64,000 nucleotides of DNA from Octopus bimaculoides (taxonomy: Eukaryota). A program made the position numbers and the translations under genes. The stretch covers positions 20,074,076 to 20,138,075 of the forward strand of contig NC_068984.1 of the NCBI RefSeq assembly GCF_001194135.2. The letters run 5' to 3'. Positions 1 through 12,338 of this stretch are shown one piece after another (positions within the stretch are counted from its first letter, which is position 1; each line of letters opens with the position of its first letter). The notes beneath the pieces were generated by a model. It saw nothing but the letters and a program-made list of their open reading frames with translations, was not told the DNA's origin and did not search any database.

Positions 1-319
1 TTCGTTTTATTTGCTTTTTTCATTTTAAATTTGCTTTAACCCTAACCCTAACCCTAGGATTAGGGTTAGGGTTAGGGTTAATTGTTTCAGAATCGTTTGT
101 TTATGTAGTCGGCACTTAATGTATATCGGCTGAATGGACGTCAGTGATTGGTTGAAATTACAGAAATACGACAACTTTAACAGGGAATAACTTATGGATT
201 TCTTTTTTTTTTAAGAAGACTAAGAGAAAAAGATGTTTTATATGACACATTCTACCAGTGTTCCAAGTTTCAAAGTGTTTCGTTAATGAAAAATGTGGCC
301 CCCGTTTTAAAAAAGATCC
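1..319. mobile_element. right part of a Merlin-like foldback MITE (same family as 31036-31598)
   Basis: Near-identical to about 31290-31598; ends in the TIR ...gtggcccccgttttaaaaaagatcc. Confidence 0.8.
36..81. repeat. head-to-head telomeric-repeat hairpin, (TAACCC)3-GGAT-(TAGGGT)3
   Basis: Perfect 21-bp arms at 36-56 and 61-81 with a 4-nt loop. Confidence 0.95.
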
Positions 320-380
320 GAGCCGGTTTCTAACCTAGATCCATGGCTCCTTCAGTGGAATATCAACATCAACAACAGGG

Positions 381-432
381 TATGTATGTACGTATGTACG
401 TATGTACGTATGTACGTATGTACGTATGTATG

Positions 433-462
<30 letters not shown>
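381..462. repeat. (TATGTACG)n/(TATG)n microsatellite
   Basis: Directly visible. Confidence 0.95.
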
Positions 463-464
<2 letters not shown>

Positions 465-1079
465 ATTATGTTGCCTTAAAAACCTCACGTTGCACAAAAC
501 TCGATAGCGAAAGAGTGGATCACCAGTTTCGACCTGATAATATATCCAACCATCTATCCTCCCCCTATCTTTCCATTCAATCAACAACTCTCTCCATACA
601 CACAAATATGCATATTAATATATTCGTACAACACAATTTAAACTTTCAACTGTTTGACAATAACCAGTATTAAAACCTCCATGTGTATATCCGTTCGTGC
701 ATTGTAATTGTATCCTCCGTTTTTAAATCCGGGTTCCAGTGTTATACAGAGTATATTTAGAAAAGAAAATGAGACACGAGAGATTGTTTATAAGATATTT
801 AATTACATCATATCAAGTACGTTTCGTTAAGTTAAGGTGATTATTGGTAACATAATGCATATTACGTAATCAACATTTACTACCAAAAACGGTCAGAGAC
901 GCGTAATTATTTAATGCGATACTGTTGAGGTGAAAAAGCGACTGTAGAGATGGTGTAATTGAATGTTATAAATTATTTCTCTTGTTACATACAGACAGAC
1001 AGACAGACAGACATACAGACAGACAGATAGACAGACAGACAGATAGACAGACATATAGACAGACAGATAGACAGACATG

Positions 1080-1111
<32 letters not shown>

Positions 1112-1410
1112 CTTACTTAGGAAAGGATGCGTGGCGTTCGATCATATAATAATATAAATAACATATAAACATATGCATATATCCATACAGATATGTACAT
1201 ACCTACATCTATATGTATACATACATGTATATATAGGTACAGGACACATTGACCCCAGTACTTGGTTGTGTTGTTGTTTTTTAGCGTGGTACTTATTCTG
1301 TTGGCCCTTTTTGCCGATCCGCTAAGTTACAGGGATGTAAACAAACCAACACCAGTTTCCAGGTCGTGAAAGTGGGTCAACACAAACACACACACACATA
1401 CACACACATA

Positions 1411-1612
1411 CGAGGGGTTGCTGAAAAGTTCCCGACTTTGAACAAAAGAAAATAGAGGAGGATCAGTTAATTATGATTTTATTCTCAGATTCACACACTT
1501 ATTGCAGCGGTCCTTCAGTTTTTCTAAGCCCTATAAAAGAACTCGGAAGGCTGGGCCTACAACCAGGCCTTTCGCGACACCCTTAAGCGAGGAACTTTTC
1601 AGTACCTACTCA
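1411..1612. mobile_element. Tc1/mariner-type MITE
   Basis: TIR cgaggggttgctgaaaagttcc / ggaacttttcagtacctactca after a TA; a related copy lies inverted at 53331-53540. Confidence 0.75.
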
Positions 1613-1648
1613 TGTATGTGTGTATATGTATATATATATATAATACAA

Positions 1649-2374
1649 AATGGGACAAGAACGCAAAACATCCAGACAGTTAGGTGAGATAAAAAGGGGA
1701 CAAAACATCCAAACAAACGATACAAAGAAAACAAGGACGGGTCATTCAGAGTTTTCTTTCCTCAGTCGCGTTCCAAATTATCTTTGCAATTTCGGTTGGT
1801 TATACTCGAGATTGTTCCAATCTGGCAAGCCCCAAGGAAAAACTAAGCTAAGAGCATTAGATTCCTTGAAAGAAAGCAGCGAATGTATACGAAAACAAGC
1901 TGGCGTGTGCGGAAATAAAGCCTTACGGCAGGGATACAAGATTTCACAGGCACAGATGTTGCACGGACGACAGCCGCCACTCTTCGTTCTTTCGTTCCCC
2001 CTCTCTCACATTTCCCTACCTTCTCTTCTTGCTCACTTTCCTCTTTTCACTTCACTGTGTCCCTGCCATTCTTTCTCGCACCTCCTTAATTCTTCNNNNN
2101 NNNNNNNNNNNNNNNNNNNNNNNNNNNNNNNNNNNNNNNNNNNNNNNNNNNNNNNNNNNNNNNNNNNNNNNNNNNNNNNTTCCTTGGGACTGGCCAGATT
2201 GGAGCAATCTCGAGTATAACCAGCCGAAATTGCAAAGATAATCTGGAACTCGACTGAGGAAAGAAAATTCCGGATGACCCGTCCTTGTTTTCTTTGTATC
2301 GTCTATCTGGATGTTTTGTTGTCCCCCTTTTTATATCACCTAACTGTCTGGATGTTTTGCGTTCTTATCCCATT
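1649..2374. mobile_element. element with about 190-bp inverted arms flanked by (TA)n, centre partly in an N-gap
   Basis: 1649-1839 is the diverged reverse complement of 2180-2374. Confidence 0.7.
2096..2179. other. assembly gap (other gaps at 15019-15217, 17400-17904, 50173-50391)
   Basis: N runs, mostly adjacent to microsatellites or low-complexity tracts. Confidence 1.
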
Positions 2375-3199
2375 ATATATATATATATATATATATATAT
2401 CAGTTCCATTCACAAGACTTTGGTCAGCCCGGAGCTACTGCAGAAGGCACTTGCCCAAAGTGTCACACAGTGGAACTGAACCCGGAACCATGTGGTTGGT
2501 AAGTAAACTTCTTACTATAATGCTACTTCATTTGTATTACGTACCGTAACGGTAGACAAGAAAGGCAATTCCCGCTCAGAATAAAACTATAAATATTAAT
2601 ATTAAATATAAAACAGTAAATTGCCTTCAAATCATTATAAACAATAATTTTCTATAACAAATCATGTGTTTGTGTCTAAGTATGTAAATTTTAAACAAGT
2701 GTGTGTGTATGTGTGTGTGTGTGTGTGTGTATTGTTTCATAGTGATAAGAAATTTTGTTACTAATTAATTTTATTGATGCCTAATGGTGATAAAACGGTG
2801 ATTACGGAGAGTGTGCGCCTAAACGCAATCGTGTAACAAATGAGATGACGCATTTAGTTGCACGCTCTTCTGTCCATATATATACACACAAACAAACACA
2901 GGCACGCACATACACACACATATATATATATATATATACATACGCACACATACATGCATGCACACATACATATATACATATCCTGCTATTCTATCTTTAT
3001 ATTCACACACACTCGCGCACACCCACACCCACACACACAAGCACATACCTACACACAAAGAAACGTATGTACTGTGATTACATACACAGAGTAGCCAAAA
3101 TTATCAACAAAATTTACATTGGGAGTTCAAGTCTCTCCTACTCCAGTATTGCCTCTCATTCTTGTGGATCTAATAAAGTTCCAGCGAAATATTCTTTTC

Positions 3200-3412
3200 T
3201 ACTCTGGGCACAAGGCCCGAAATTTTGGGAGAGGGGAGGCCAGTCGATTAGATCGACTCCAGTACGTAACTGGTACTTAATTTATCGAACCCCGAAAGGA
3301 TGAAAGGCAAAGTTGACCACGGCGGAATTTGAACTCAGAACGTAAAGATAGACGAAACACTGCTAAGCATTTCGTCCGGCGTGCTAACGTTTCCCCCAGT
3401 TCGCCACCTTAG
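3200..3412 (-). mobile_element. tRNA-head SINE, family A (ggcgagctggcagaatcgttagc...gagttcaaattcc)
   Basis: B-box-like GAGTTCAAATTCC. Other copies at about 19905-20095(+), 23395-23600(-), 26526-26945(+, two), 35690-35870(-), 58313-58520(+), 63840-64000(-). Confidence 0.8.
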
Positions 3413-4187
3413 TTCCAGCGAAATATTGAAATAGATTGCATTCGTTACCTTCTAATCGAGCAGAATAATATAACCTTATTGTACAATTGGTAAGAAATAA
3501 GAGATTCGGTGTTGAATTACGTTCAACATTTGGGAACCAAAGTATCGCTTTACCTACTCGGTGATCAAGGGTTCGAATCCCATGATAACCTTTTGTTATA
3601 TTTCTGGATAGAACATTTCATTTCACATCGTTCTGTGTTACGTAAGGCTGAGAGAGTCGTCGAGTCAAGGTATAGCTTTACCTACTCAGTGATCGAGGGT
3701 TCAATTCCCATAATAACCATTTATTGAAATTCTGGATAAAATATCTTTTTATCTCTATTGTTTTATCTACTCAGGGATCAAGAGTGGAAATGCCCCTGGA
3801 TTATATTTCTACACAAAACATTATTTGGCATCGCCACACTTTCAGAAAAACGCAATTACGTATCAAAATTGGAAGGACAGCGGAAAATACGGTGCAGTGT
3901 TTGGTCATATCTTGTCACGTTCTCAGTTCAAATCTCGGCCTGTTGGGTTCCACTTTGCCCGTTGTTATTCTGAGGATCAATGAATTAAGTGCAATCAAGG
4001 ATGAGGCGTCTATTGATCCAACGTTATCCTACTCCCGAAATATCAAACCACGTATCAAAACTAGAAATGAATATATTTTGATGGGTAGGAATGGTTCTAA
4101 TTCTATTTTATCATCTTTTTATCTCCGCTATTCACACTTAGGTAAAAACAATATTTCAAAAGATTTGAATGATTAATCACATTTCAA

Positions 4188-4189
<2 letters not shown>

Positions 4190-4257
<68 letters not shown>
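4190..4257. repeat. (GT)n microsatellite
   Basis: Directly visible. Confidence 0.95.
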
Positions 4258-4261
<4 letters not shown>

Positions 4262-5103
4262 CTCTGGGGTTAAGAAGCTTGTTTCCCAACCATGTGCTCT
4301 CGGGTTCAATCCCGGTGTGTGGCACCTTGCGCAAGAGTCTTCCATTATAGTTCCAGGGTTTTGGGAGTGGATCTGATAGTCCGTCGGGTGTGTGCATGTG
4401 TTTGATATCATGGTAGTAAACGAGCATCGCTGTCATACAAGCGATGTCTGGGCATGGGAAAATATTACGTTGCTTGCAAAAAGGTGAGGGTTAGCGTCAG
4501 GAAGAATATCCGGCCGTAGAAAAACCGTCTCTACAAATTCCGCCTGACCCATGCAAGCATGGAAAAAAGTGGACGTTAAAACAATGCTGGTGATATGTTG
4601 TTGGTTTTTATGTAGTGTCCATACTGCGAATCCTCATCGTTTGTACTCTCCCTGTCTTTTTTTCTACTGATGGCTTGAAACCTGACCTTAGCAATTTCCC
4701 GAACAATATTTTTTGTTTTGTTTTAATCCGATTGAGTGGAATAAATTTTAGATTTGCTGGCAATAACAACCAGCAACAAACAATTGATGTTAATAACCGA
4801 CACAGCAAGCGTCATTCATTACGCCTGGTTTCAATGACATCACGCGCGCGCACACATACACACACACACATAATACATCTAACCGATATTGAATTGGGGG
4901 GAAAACGGGAGGTGAATGTTCGGAGTAGAATCAATGGCAGTATTTGCAATGCAGTCAATCGATCGATTGGGTAAATATCATGATTCGCCAGAGAATTTTT
5001 TTCCATTTTCTATTGTCTTTGTTTTGTTTTGTTTTTTAGGGAGAGAGAGGGGGTAGAGAAACGGGAGGGGAGAGAGAGAGAAATAGGGAGAGAGAAACGG
5101 AAG

Positions 5104-5107
<4 letters not shown>

Positions 5108-5193
<86 letters not shown>
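5108..5193. repeat. (GA)n microsatellite; (CA)n/(CAGA)n tracts follow to about 5475
   Basis: Directly visible. Confidence 0.95.
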
Positions 5194-5198
<5 letters not shown>

Positions 5199-5403
5199 TT
5201 TCTGCGTTGAATTTTATTTCAATATTATTAATTTGTTTTTGATTTTTTTTCCGCAGAAATATCTCTCTTCAAACAAACACACACATATAGACAGGCATAC
5301 ACTCACATATATGCCACACATATATACACCTACACACACACACACACATACACAAACACACACACATACAAACAAACATACATACATACATACATACATA
5401 CAT

Positions 5404-5454
<51 letters not shown>

Positions 5455-6369
5455 TAGATACATACATACATACATAATCCGTTGGTTGAAATGTTATAAC
5501 ATATTGAACATGCTGTGTAATAGTATTTATTATACAGAAATATGGCATATTTTCAAACTGTCTAAACACACTTATCTTCATCATTCGATCTACACAGGTT
5601 AAATATATTGTTTTGAATCACGAAACGTTTATTCTTCAGACCAGTTAAATATGGGGGCGATTGAAACCACGAGAAATTCTAGAATTCCCATTAATATCAA
5701 CAATGGCTGTAGAGTGAGTGAGGTCTGTGTGACATAGCTTTCTCTATCGGGAAGACAGAATGATCTGAAAGTGTTCTTTTGGTTGCTAGATAACATAATG
5801 AACTGACTCTCCCTTATAACAGATATAATAATCAATATCGTAGCAAGTCGTCAAACAGATGCTTCCATCAAAAAGCAGTTTTCAGTTTAATTGTAATGTT
5901 GTTGTCTTGGGAGTTTTATTGGTTGTTTCTCTTTGGTTATTTTTTTTCCAAACATGCTTTATGAATGCAGTTGAACGCAGGTTTGCAAACATTGTTGGAC
6001 AAGACGTGTGCTTTCGGCAAGACAAACTCATGGTCAGTTTTCGATACCTGATTTGAGTTCATAGTTTTAATTATGTCACTATCATCGGAAACACTTTTTT
6101 CATCTTTCTCTAGAATTGTCAAGTGATTAGATTCAAAAACAGTCTTATCTCGTTGCTGGCGCTGAAAATTAAGAATAAGTTTTTAGCGAATCAAGTCTTT
6201 AATGCAGTCTTATTTTTATTGTTTGAGATCAATTCATGTTATGCTACTATCGTTCATGAGCATGGCGTGAACACCTAGAAACTTTTATTTCCCCTCCTTT
6301 ATCAATACGCATCGCTGTGTCTATGTCATATCTCACTGTCATGAGTAACTGAGGTATCAGTCTTACTTG

Positions 6370-6680
6370 GAGGCCCGTGGCTTGGTGGTTAGAGTATTCG
6401 GCTCACGATCTTACGATCGTGAGTTCGATTCCTGGCGACGCGTTGTGTCTTTGAGCAAGATACTTTATTTCTTGTTGCTCCAATCCACTCAGCCGACAAA
6501 AACGAGTAGTACCTGCATTTCAAAGGGCCGGCGTTGTCACATTCTGTGTCACGCTGAATTTCCTTGATAACTACGTTAAAGGTACGCGTGTCTGTGGAGT
6601 GCTCAGCCACTTGAACGTTAACTTCACGAGCAGGTTGGTCGGATCATCTAGAACATTTGTCATCGCAACCGACGGAGTAT
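6370..6680 (+). mobile_element. tRNA-head SINE
   Basis: A-box tggcttggtgg and B-box gagttcgattcc; related copies at about 46735-47005(-) and 40895-41070(+). Confidence 0.75.
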
Positions 6681-6788
6681 CGATATTAGTCTTATTTGAA
6701 AACAGTGGTATCAATTAATTAATAGTCGAGTATGTTCATTTGGGACCAACATCGTTTTTACCGTTTTCAGTGGTGTTGGAGCCTAAAA

Positions 6789-6853
6789 GAAAAGGAAGTG
6801 AAGTCATGAGAAAAGGAAGTGAAGTCATGAGAAAAGGAAGTGAAGTCATGAGA
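6789..6853. repeat. three perfect 21-bp tandem units, gaaaaggaagtgaagtcatga
   Basis: Directly visible. Confidence 0.95.
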
Positions 6854-9602
6854 TCGAAGCTTAAACCCCAGTTTCCATGGCGTATAAGTGACCGAGGTTC
6901 ACAACGCTCTCCACTGAACGGGATGCTGGTCTGTTACAGGTTTAATTTCCCTACCATTGCTGGAACTCGTTTCTGATGAGTAGACTGGTGCAATGTGAAA
7001 AGAAGTGTTTTGCTCAAGAACAAACACACTGCTTGGTCCAGGAATCGAAATCGCGATCTTACGATCGTGAGTGTAACACCCTAACCATTATACCACGCAC
7101 CTTGACAATGATGTGGTTAAGTATGATGAAAGGGAATCAAGATCGAGTCACAAAGTCGGCTCACTTAAAGCATTTTAGCACAAGGAGATGAATACTATAC
7201 TAAGGGGTATTCCGGGTTTCTAAAAAAGAAGGAACCTTCATCATCATATATAGAGATGTGGACAATACCATGCTACACGTTGACATATAAATACACCCAT
7301 TGGAACACAACGCCGCTACGAGCCATAGTCACTGGCAGCCCCAGAAACGAACGAAACACGCGTCAATTTTTCGGTGTCGCTGCTGCTTTCTGTAGTTAAG
7401 TACGCTAAGCATTTGTCGCTTATTTACGGTTCGGTAAATCAAGACCTTGAGGCAAACTATCTTGGCTATAGACACGACACACAATACTGTTGTCAGAATA
7501 CGAAACGGTGATTCTTCTGTTAATCGACCATTATTTCTACCACCTCAGCAATCTACAACTTTCACTTCGCAATTACCCTGCGTGGAATTTTGGGCAAGTG
7601 TCATTTTCTATAGCCCTGAGTCAACCCAAATCTTGTGACGTCGGGAGTATCTCCGGCCTTCGTTACTGGTTTCGCAATTTGCAGTTCATTGATTTAGTTA
7701 CAAGCGCGAATCAAGCCAAACTGAGTCTCAGTTCGATAAGTGTCTTCGTTTTCGTCTGTTCCACTGTGCTCATCTGTTATTTGAATAAGAATTAATTCAT
7801 TGTGAAAGATAAATAAATATTGATTCTTTGTGACTATACACGAAATTTGTTAGAAGGAATTAAATTATGTAGCGTACCCTTAATTTCATTGACAGTTCAT
7901 TTAACTGGCTTGCGACTCTCTTCACTGAAGCGAGTCACCTCGTCAATGGCTTCAGAGCAACATTTATCTATTCAGTCGTTCATTCGGGACTTTACGAGAG
8001 GAGAAGCCAAGATTTTACAGCAGATGATCACACACACACACACACACAGTAACTAGACGCACATAAACCAAACAACACACTACGTCTTCATTAATTTAAA
8101 TGAGGCATTTATTTATTCAGAGTGGTCTACGACTCATTAAATGTGCGTGTGTCGGCGTGTCACTGTGTGTGTGTGTAAGCGTGTGTATATATTTGTGTAT
8201 GAGTCTATATGCGTGCGTACATGTTTTTAGGGATGTATATGTGTGTTTGTGTTCAGGTGACGCTGTTTGCTCTTACTTATCTGGCAACTAGAAACAGTTG
8301 TTTTCAAGCAGTTTGGCTTCATTCATTACGACTAAACCTATAATTGTGCTTATTGTTTTTATCGGTGCAAAGTATAAAGAGAATTCAAAACTACAGCATG
8401 CTAGATGTAAAGGAAATGAGGTTTTAATAGACTGGTTTTATAATTGGTAAAGCTCTTCGGTGCTTTCAGAAACATCGATTCTCTAAATGCTACTGCGCTG
8501 CTATTTATTGAACTGGAAATACTGTTTACTAAATGTAATAACGCAAGAGAATTGTTAGATGAACCTGCAAGAAAACATTTGCATAATAGAAGTGTTTGAG
8601 TGTTTGCACTTCTTTTGTCAACAAAGAATATCCAAATAAAGAACTGATGAAGAATCACGTAGAATGATTGAGAGGGAAAGATGATTCTGTTCTTCTGGGG
8701 TGATTCAACAAAGCTGAACCGCGATGTATAAAATGAGTTCTGTTCTGTAATGGCTGAATTTATTATGGGAGATGTACGCGGAGAATTAAGCAATTTTCCC
8801 CCACTTATTAAACAAATATGCTAATGCATCCAAAAACAGAAAACATTTTACTTTTGTGTGTTCTTTGGATCAACAAACGCTTTGTGGCCAAAGAAGAATT
8901 TCAAAGTTTTTATTGCTTACCAGATTTTAAATCTTCAGCAATATTTTCAGTTATCATATATGCATTCAGAAATTTGTAACAACATTTGTGCATGTAAAAG
9001 GTTTGCTTTGAAGCAGCGAGCAACATGCTTAACAAATGCGGATTGGCCAAGAGTTTGGGAAAACTTCAACCGAAATCTTTAGCAACACATTGTCAAGCAG
9101 ATTCTTCAAGTCTAGTTGTGAAGGAATCTACAATACAATGTAAGGTACTACCTGAAAGAAAGAAAGAAAGAAAGAAAGAGAGAAGGGGTAGGATCTGAAA
9201 ACCGCTACTTGCTTTCCATGAAATTTTGATAATTATTCAGTCTTGTTCAAAAGTACTGTTATAATTGGATGATGATGTTCGCAATCTTGTTATCGAATGC
9301 AGAGCTCAAAACGTTTAATTTCTTCTTTGGGTTAAATCTAAGCTAGGACTTGAACACGCGTACAGACAGTTTATCAAAACCACTGCAAGTATCTAAAATG
9401 TTGTCAGCAGATGGACATAAAATGGCTGAAATTATTAAACTAGTTTTTAAAGACCTGAGGAAAAGAGATTCATTTGTATGTAAGGTAGAGACACACCATA
9501 TCGCCACCGAACTTGTAGTACTATGGAAGTGAAATAATCAAAGCTACCCTAGTGATAATTTTATCAAAGCTAATTAACCTTAACTTTAAAATTTGGTTTT
9601 GT

Positions 9603-11354
9603 TTAATGAGAAGGATGGAAACTGTTATTTTATTTTCTTCTCCTTTTGAAAGTTTAGTAACTTCACGCCTTTGAAGAAACAACTATTCTTAGTTCATTAC
9701 TCAGGTTTTCGTTTGTAAGTCTGGTACGAAGACAATGTTTTGCATAATTCAATTTGGCAAAAAACTGCCCACAGTGATAAATTGTCGAAAATTGAGATAT
9801 GAATTTCAAGGCGTTTGATGTAAAGCAGGAAATTTCTCAGGATTGGTGGGTCTGTAGAAGTCAAATAAAGACAGATTATTACATTTCGATTTTAATAAGT
9901 TATCCGACTGCAAATCAATTAATTCTAATTGCAAGGAATCCGGAGCATCCTCAGGACACATATCAAAAGGTGTTTCAAAAACACGTAATTTGATTTTATC
10001 TTGTATTTTTTCAAATTTACTTTCAAATTTCTTTAAAATACTTTCACACCCGTCAAAATATTCCTTTGTTGATTCAGGATTTCGGAAAATGTGTGAAGCA
10101 CTTTCTTTTCAATTGTGTGTGAAATAAATGAAGCATCGATTCAAAGCTTTTGATATGAGAAAGCAAACTGGTTATTAGCTGACTGGAGCCTTGTAGTTTC
10201 AAGTGCAAATTATTTAAATGACGAGTTATATCTAATAAAAATGCTAAATCCCTTTGAAACTTATCTTCCAGTTCTATAATAGGAACACCTTTAATATCCA
10301 TAAAAATTTTCCACTTATTCCTTCAATTCATAAAATCGCTTAAGCATTTGGGCCTTACTTAACCACTTAACTTCACACTGGTACAATAAATCCCCATATT
10401 CGGTTTCAAGATCTTTCAAAAATTCTTTAAATTTCCCATTATTCAACCCTTTGCTTTTTATCAAATTAACGGCCTTAGTTAAAATTATCATTACATTGCC
10501 CATCTTGAGAGATTTTGCACATAAACTTTCCATACGAATAAAGCAGTGACACACAATTAAAGTTTCTGGATCCAAAACACGCTTCTTAAATTCATTCTTA
10601 ATCAGAGCTACGAACCCTTTTTCACGACCTACCATAGTTGGAGTAAGACCACTCATTTTTTCATATGGTAAATCAAAATCTTTCAAGGCTCAGTTGACCA
10701 TTTGAAATAAATCTCTAGCAAGAAATTTTCCCGAATGTTGAATTTTGCAGTTATTCCACGTATAAATATTGCCATCTGAGCAGTATTAGACAGGTCAGTT
10801 GTCTCATCTATAGCTAATGAATATAATACGAATTCTGGTGAATCAGATTTTTGAGAATTTTGAATGTCATCAACAATATCTTTAATACGATCAGAAACAG
10901 TTCTTCTTGATAAGCTAATATTTCCCAACAAATCAAGTTTTTCTGAGCATATATTCTCAACAGCAGTAAGGATACATTCTTTCACGAATTCATTATCGCT
11001 ACGCGGCTTGAGATTTTTTAGCAATATTTTCGCATACCGCATAACCAGCTCGAGTAACTGATCCACTTTCAAGAATCAGCCTTTCAAAAAAAGTTTGCCT
11101 TTTGATCAAATTTTCTTTCATGGAAGCTAGCTTGTCTAAACGTTCAGATTCTTTCAAATTTTCATAGGTCTTATACTTCCTCACAAAATGCCTCTCTATA
11201 TTATATTTTCTATGAACGGCTACTTGTTCGTTGCAGATAAGACAAATGCACTTGTTACCTATTTCAATTAAAAAATAAAGCTCAGTCCATTTTCATCGAA
11301 CAAAGCATGTTCACCAGCACTTCTTTTCATAGGGTTTTTATAACCGCTTGCCAT
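9603..11354 (-). pseudogene. hAT transposase pseudogene (GTF2IRD2/SPIN/Buster-like), near full length
   Basis: BED-like finger (CICLICNEQ...NIERHF), YSLAIDETTDLSNTAQMAIFIRG, CHCFI...ESLCAK, LLYQCEVKWLS, C-terminal KHCLRTRLTNENLSNELR...SH*. Multiple frameshifts and stops. Confidence 0.9.
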
Positions 11355-12338
11355 ATTGATAAGTGTATTGAAAAAATGATTTAACAACGTTAACAAAGTT
11401 ATAACCGGTTAAATTTATATCACTTTCGGAATTTTTGTTATTACCGCTGCCTAGGAAAAACAAAAGCCAACTGGCTCGTAATCGTAATGCATTCAATTAG
11501 TGTTTTAAAAATAGTAAAAAATAAAAAATCTGCAAAAAAATTAAGATATTGTTTGGTTCTGTAAGGTTTAACTTGGTTTTTCTCATTCCCTTCTCCACAC
11601 TGGTGTTGACAAGCAAGAGGATAAGGAAGGGCGATAACTGATAAGCCGATGGCAGATGAAAGTAACTCCTGTTGACCTTCTTGACACCGACTGACAGCAA
11701 AAATGTGACACCCCTTTCGAAAAACGTTATTTTTTACTGCTTTTTTAGAAGAGCACCAAATTAGTATTTTCTGTTTCGATGAAGCTTTACCAATTTGTTT
11801 TTGATCTTTAATAGATTTAAATTTTTTTTTTTTTTTGCTTATCGATTGACAGAAAGAGGATGAATGTCGATTTCGGAGATTAATTTTTTTTCGTAAAAAC
11901 GTGACAAATGAAAAAGGGAGGAAAATTTAAATACTTGAGGTTCTTGGATATGAATAACTTTTACACAGTATCTTCTACAACCCTTCAGCTTTCGTTTCAT
12001 ATAAAAATTATTTCGATACATGCAATATATTTTTAGTTGTCTCAGCTAAAGTGTAGTTGGGTCTCAAGGAGGTGATACAAACCTAACAATCTGTGTTTTA
12101 TAGTGAAAACAAAATTTCATCCAAATAGCAATTACCGGACGATTTCTGTTCGAGTTTGACCGTTTTAAGTCATAGTGGAAATCCGACCTATGTCGCAAAT
12201 AGGCATACGAATATTGTATAATTTTCATAATTGAAAAATTAACTTTATTTTGTACATACAAGAATATCAGCCTGCGAGCGCAATAAAATGGGCTCGCGGG
12301 TGCAATTGCGCCCGTGGGTGGGGGTCTCCCCACCCCTG
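9603..12338 (-). mobile_element. hAT (Buster/Charlie-type) element, one TIR retained
   Basis: 5' TIR CAGGGGTGGGGAGACC ends at 12338, flanked by ctcTAaat (nnnTAnnn). The other end was not found. Confidence 0.75.

Noticed and set aside
36-81. True telomere or chromosome-fusion site
   Set aside because: It has only 3+3 units and is embedded in a dispersed MITE that recurs at 31036-31598.
2180-2290. CTGAGGA and GAAA-TTGCAA in the inverted arms as a hammerhead
   Set aside because: The order and pairing do not fit type I, II or III, and U16.1 is missing.
3724-4176. 150-aa ORF
   Set aside because: TTG start, no recognisable motif, no splice support.
6370-6430. tRNA gene (and other A/B-box matches across the window)
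   Set aside because: These are SINE heads with no complete cloverleaf, and they continue into SINE body sequence.
8639-8694. Hammerhead-like words AAGAA-CTGATGA...GAAAGA-TGAT-TCT-G-TTCTT
   Set aside because: The triplet would be NUG (non-cleavable) and helix II does not close next to the core.
8560-8790. Plus-strand frame interrupted only by TGA codons, suggesting Sec/Trp recoding
   Set aside because: There is no start, splice context, SECIS or homology, so it is most likely chance.
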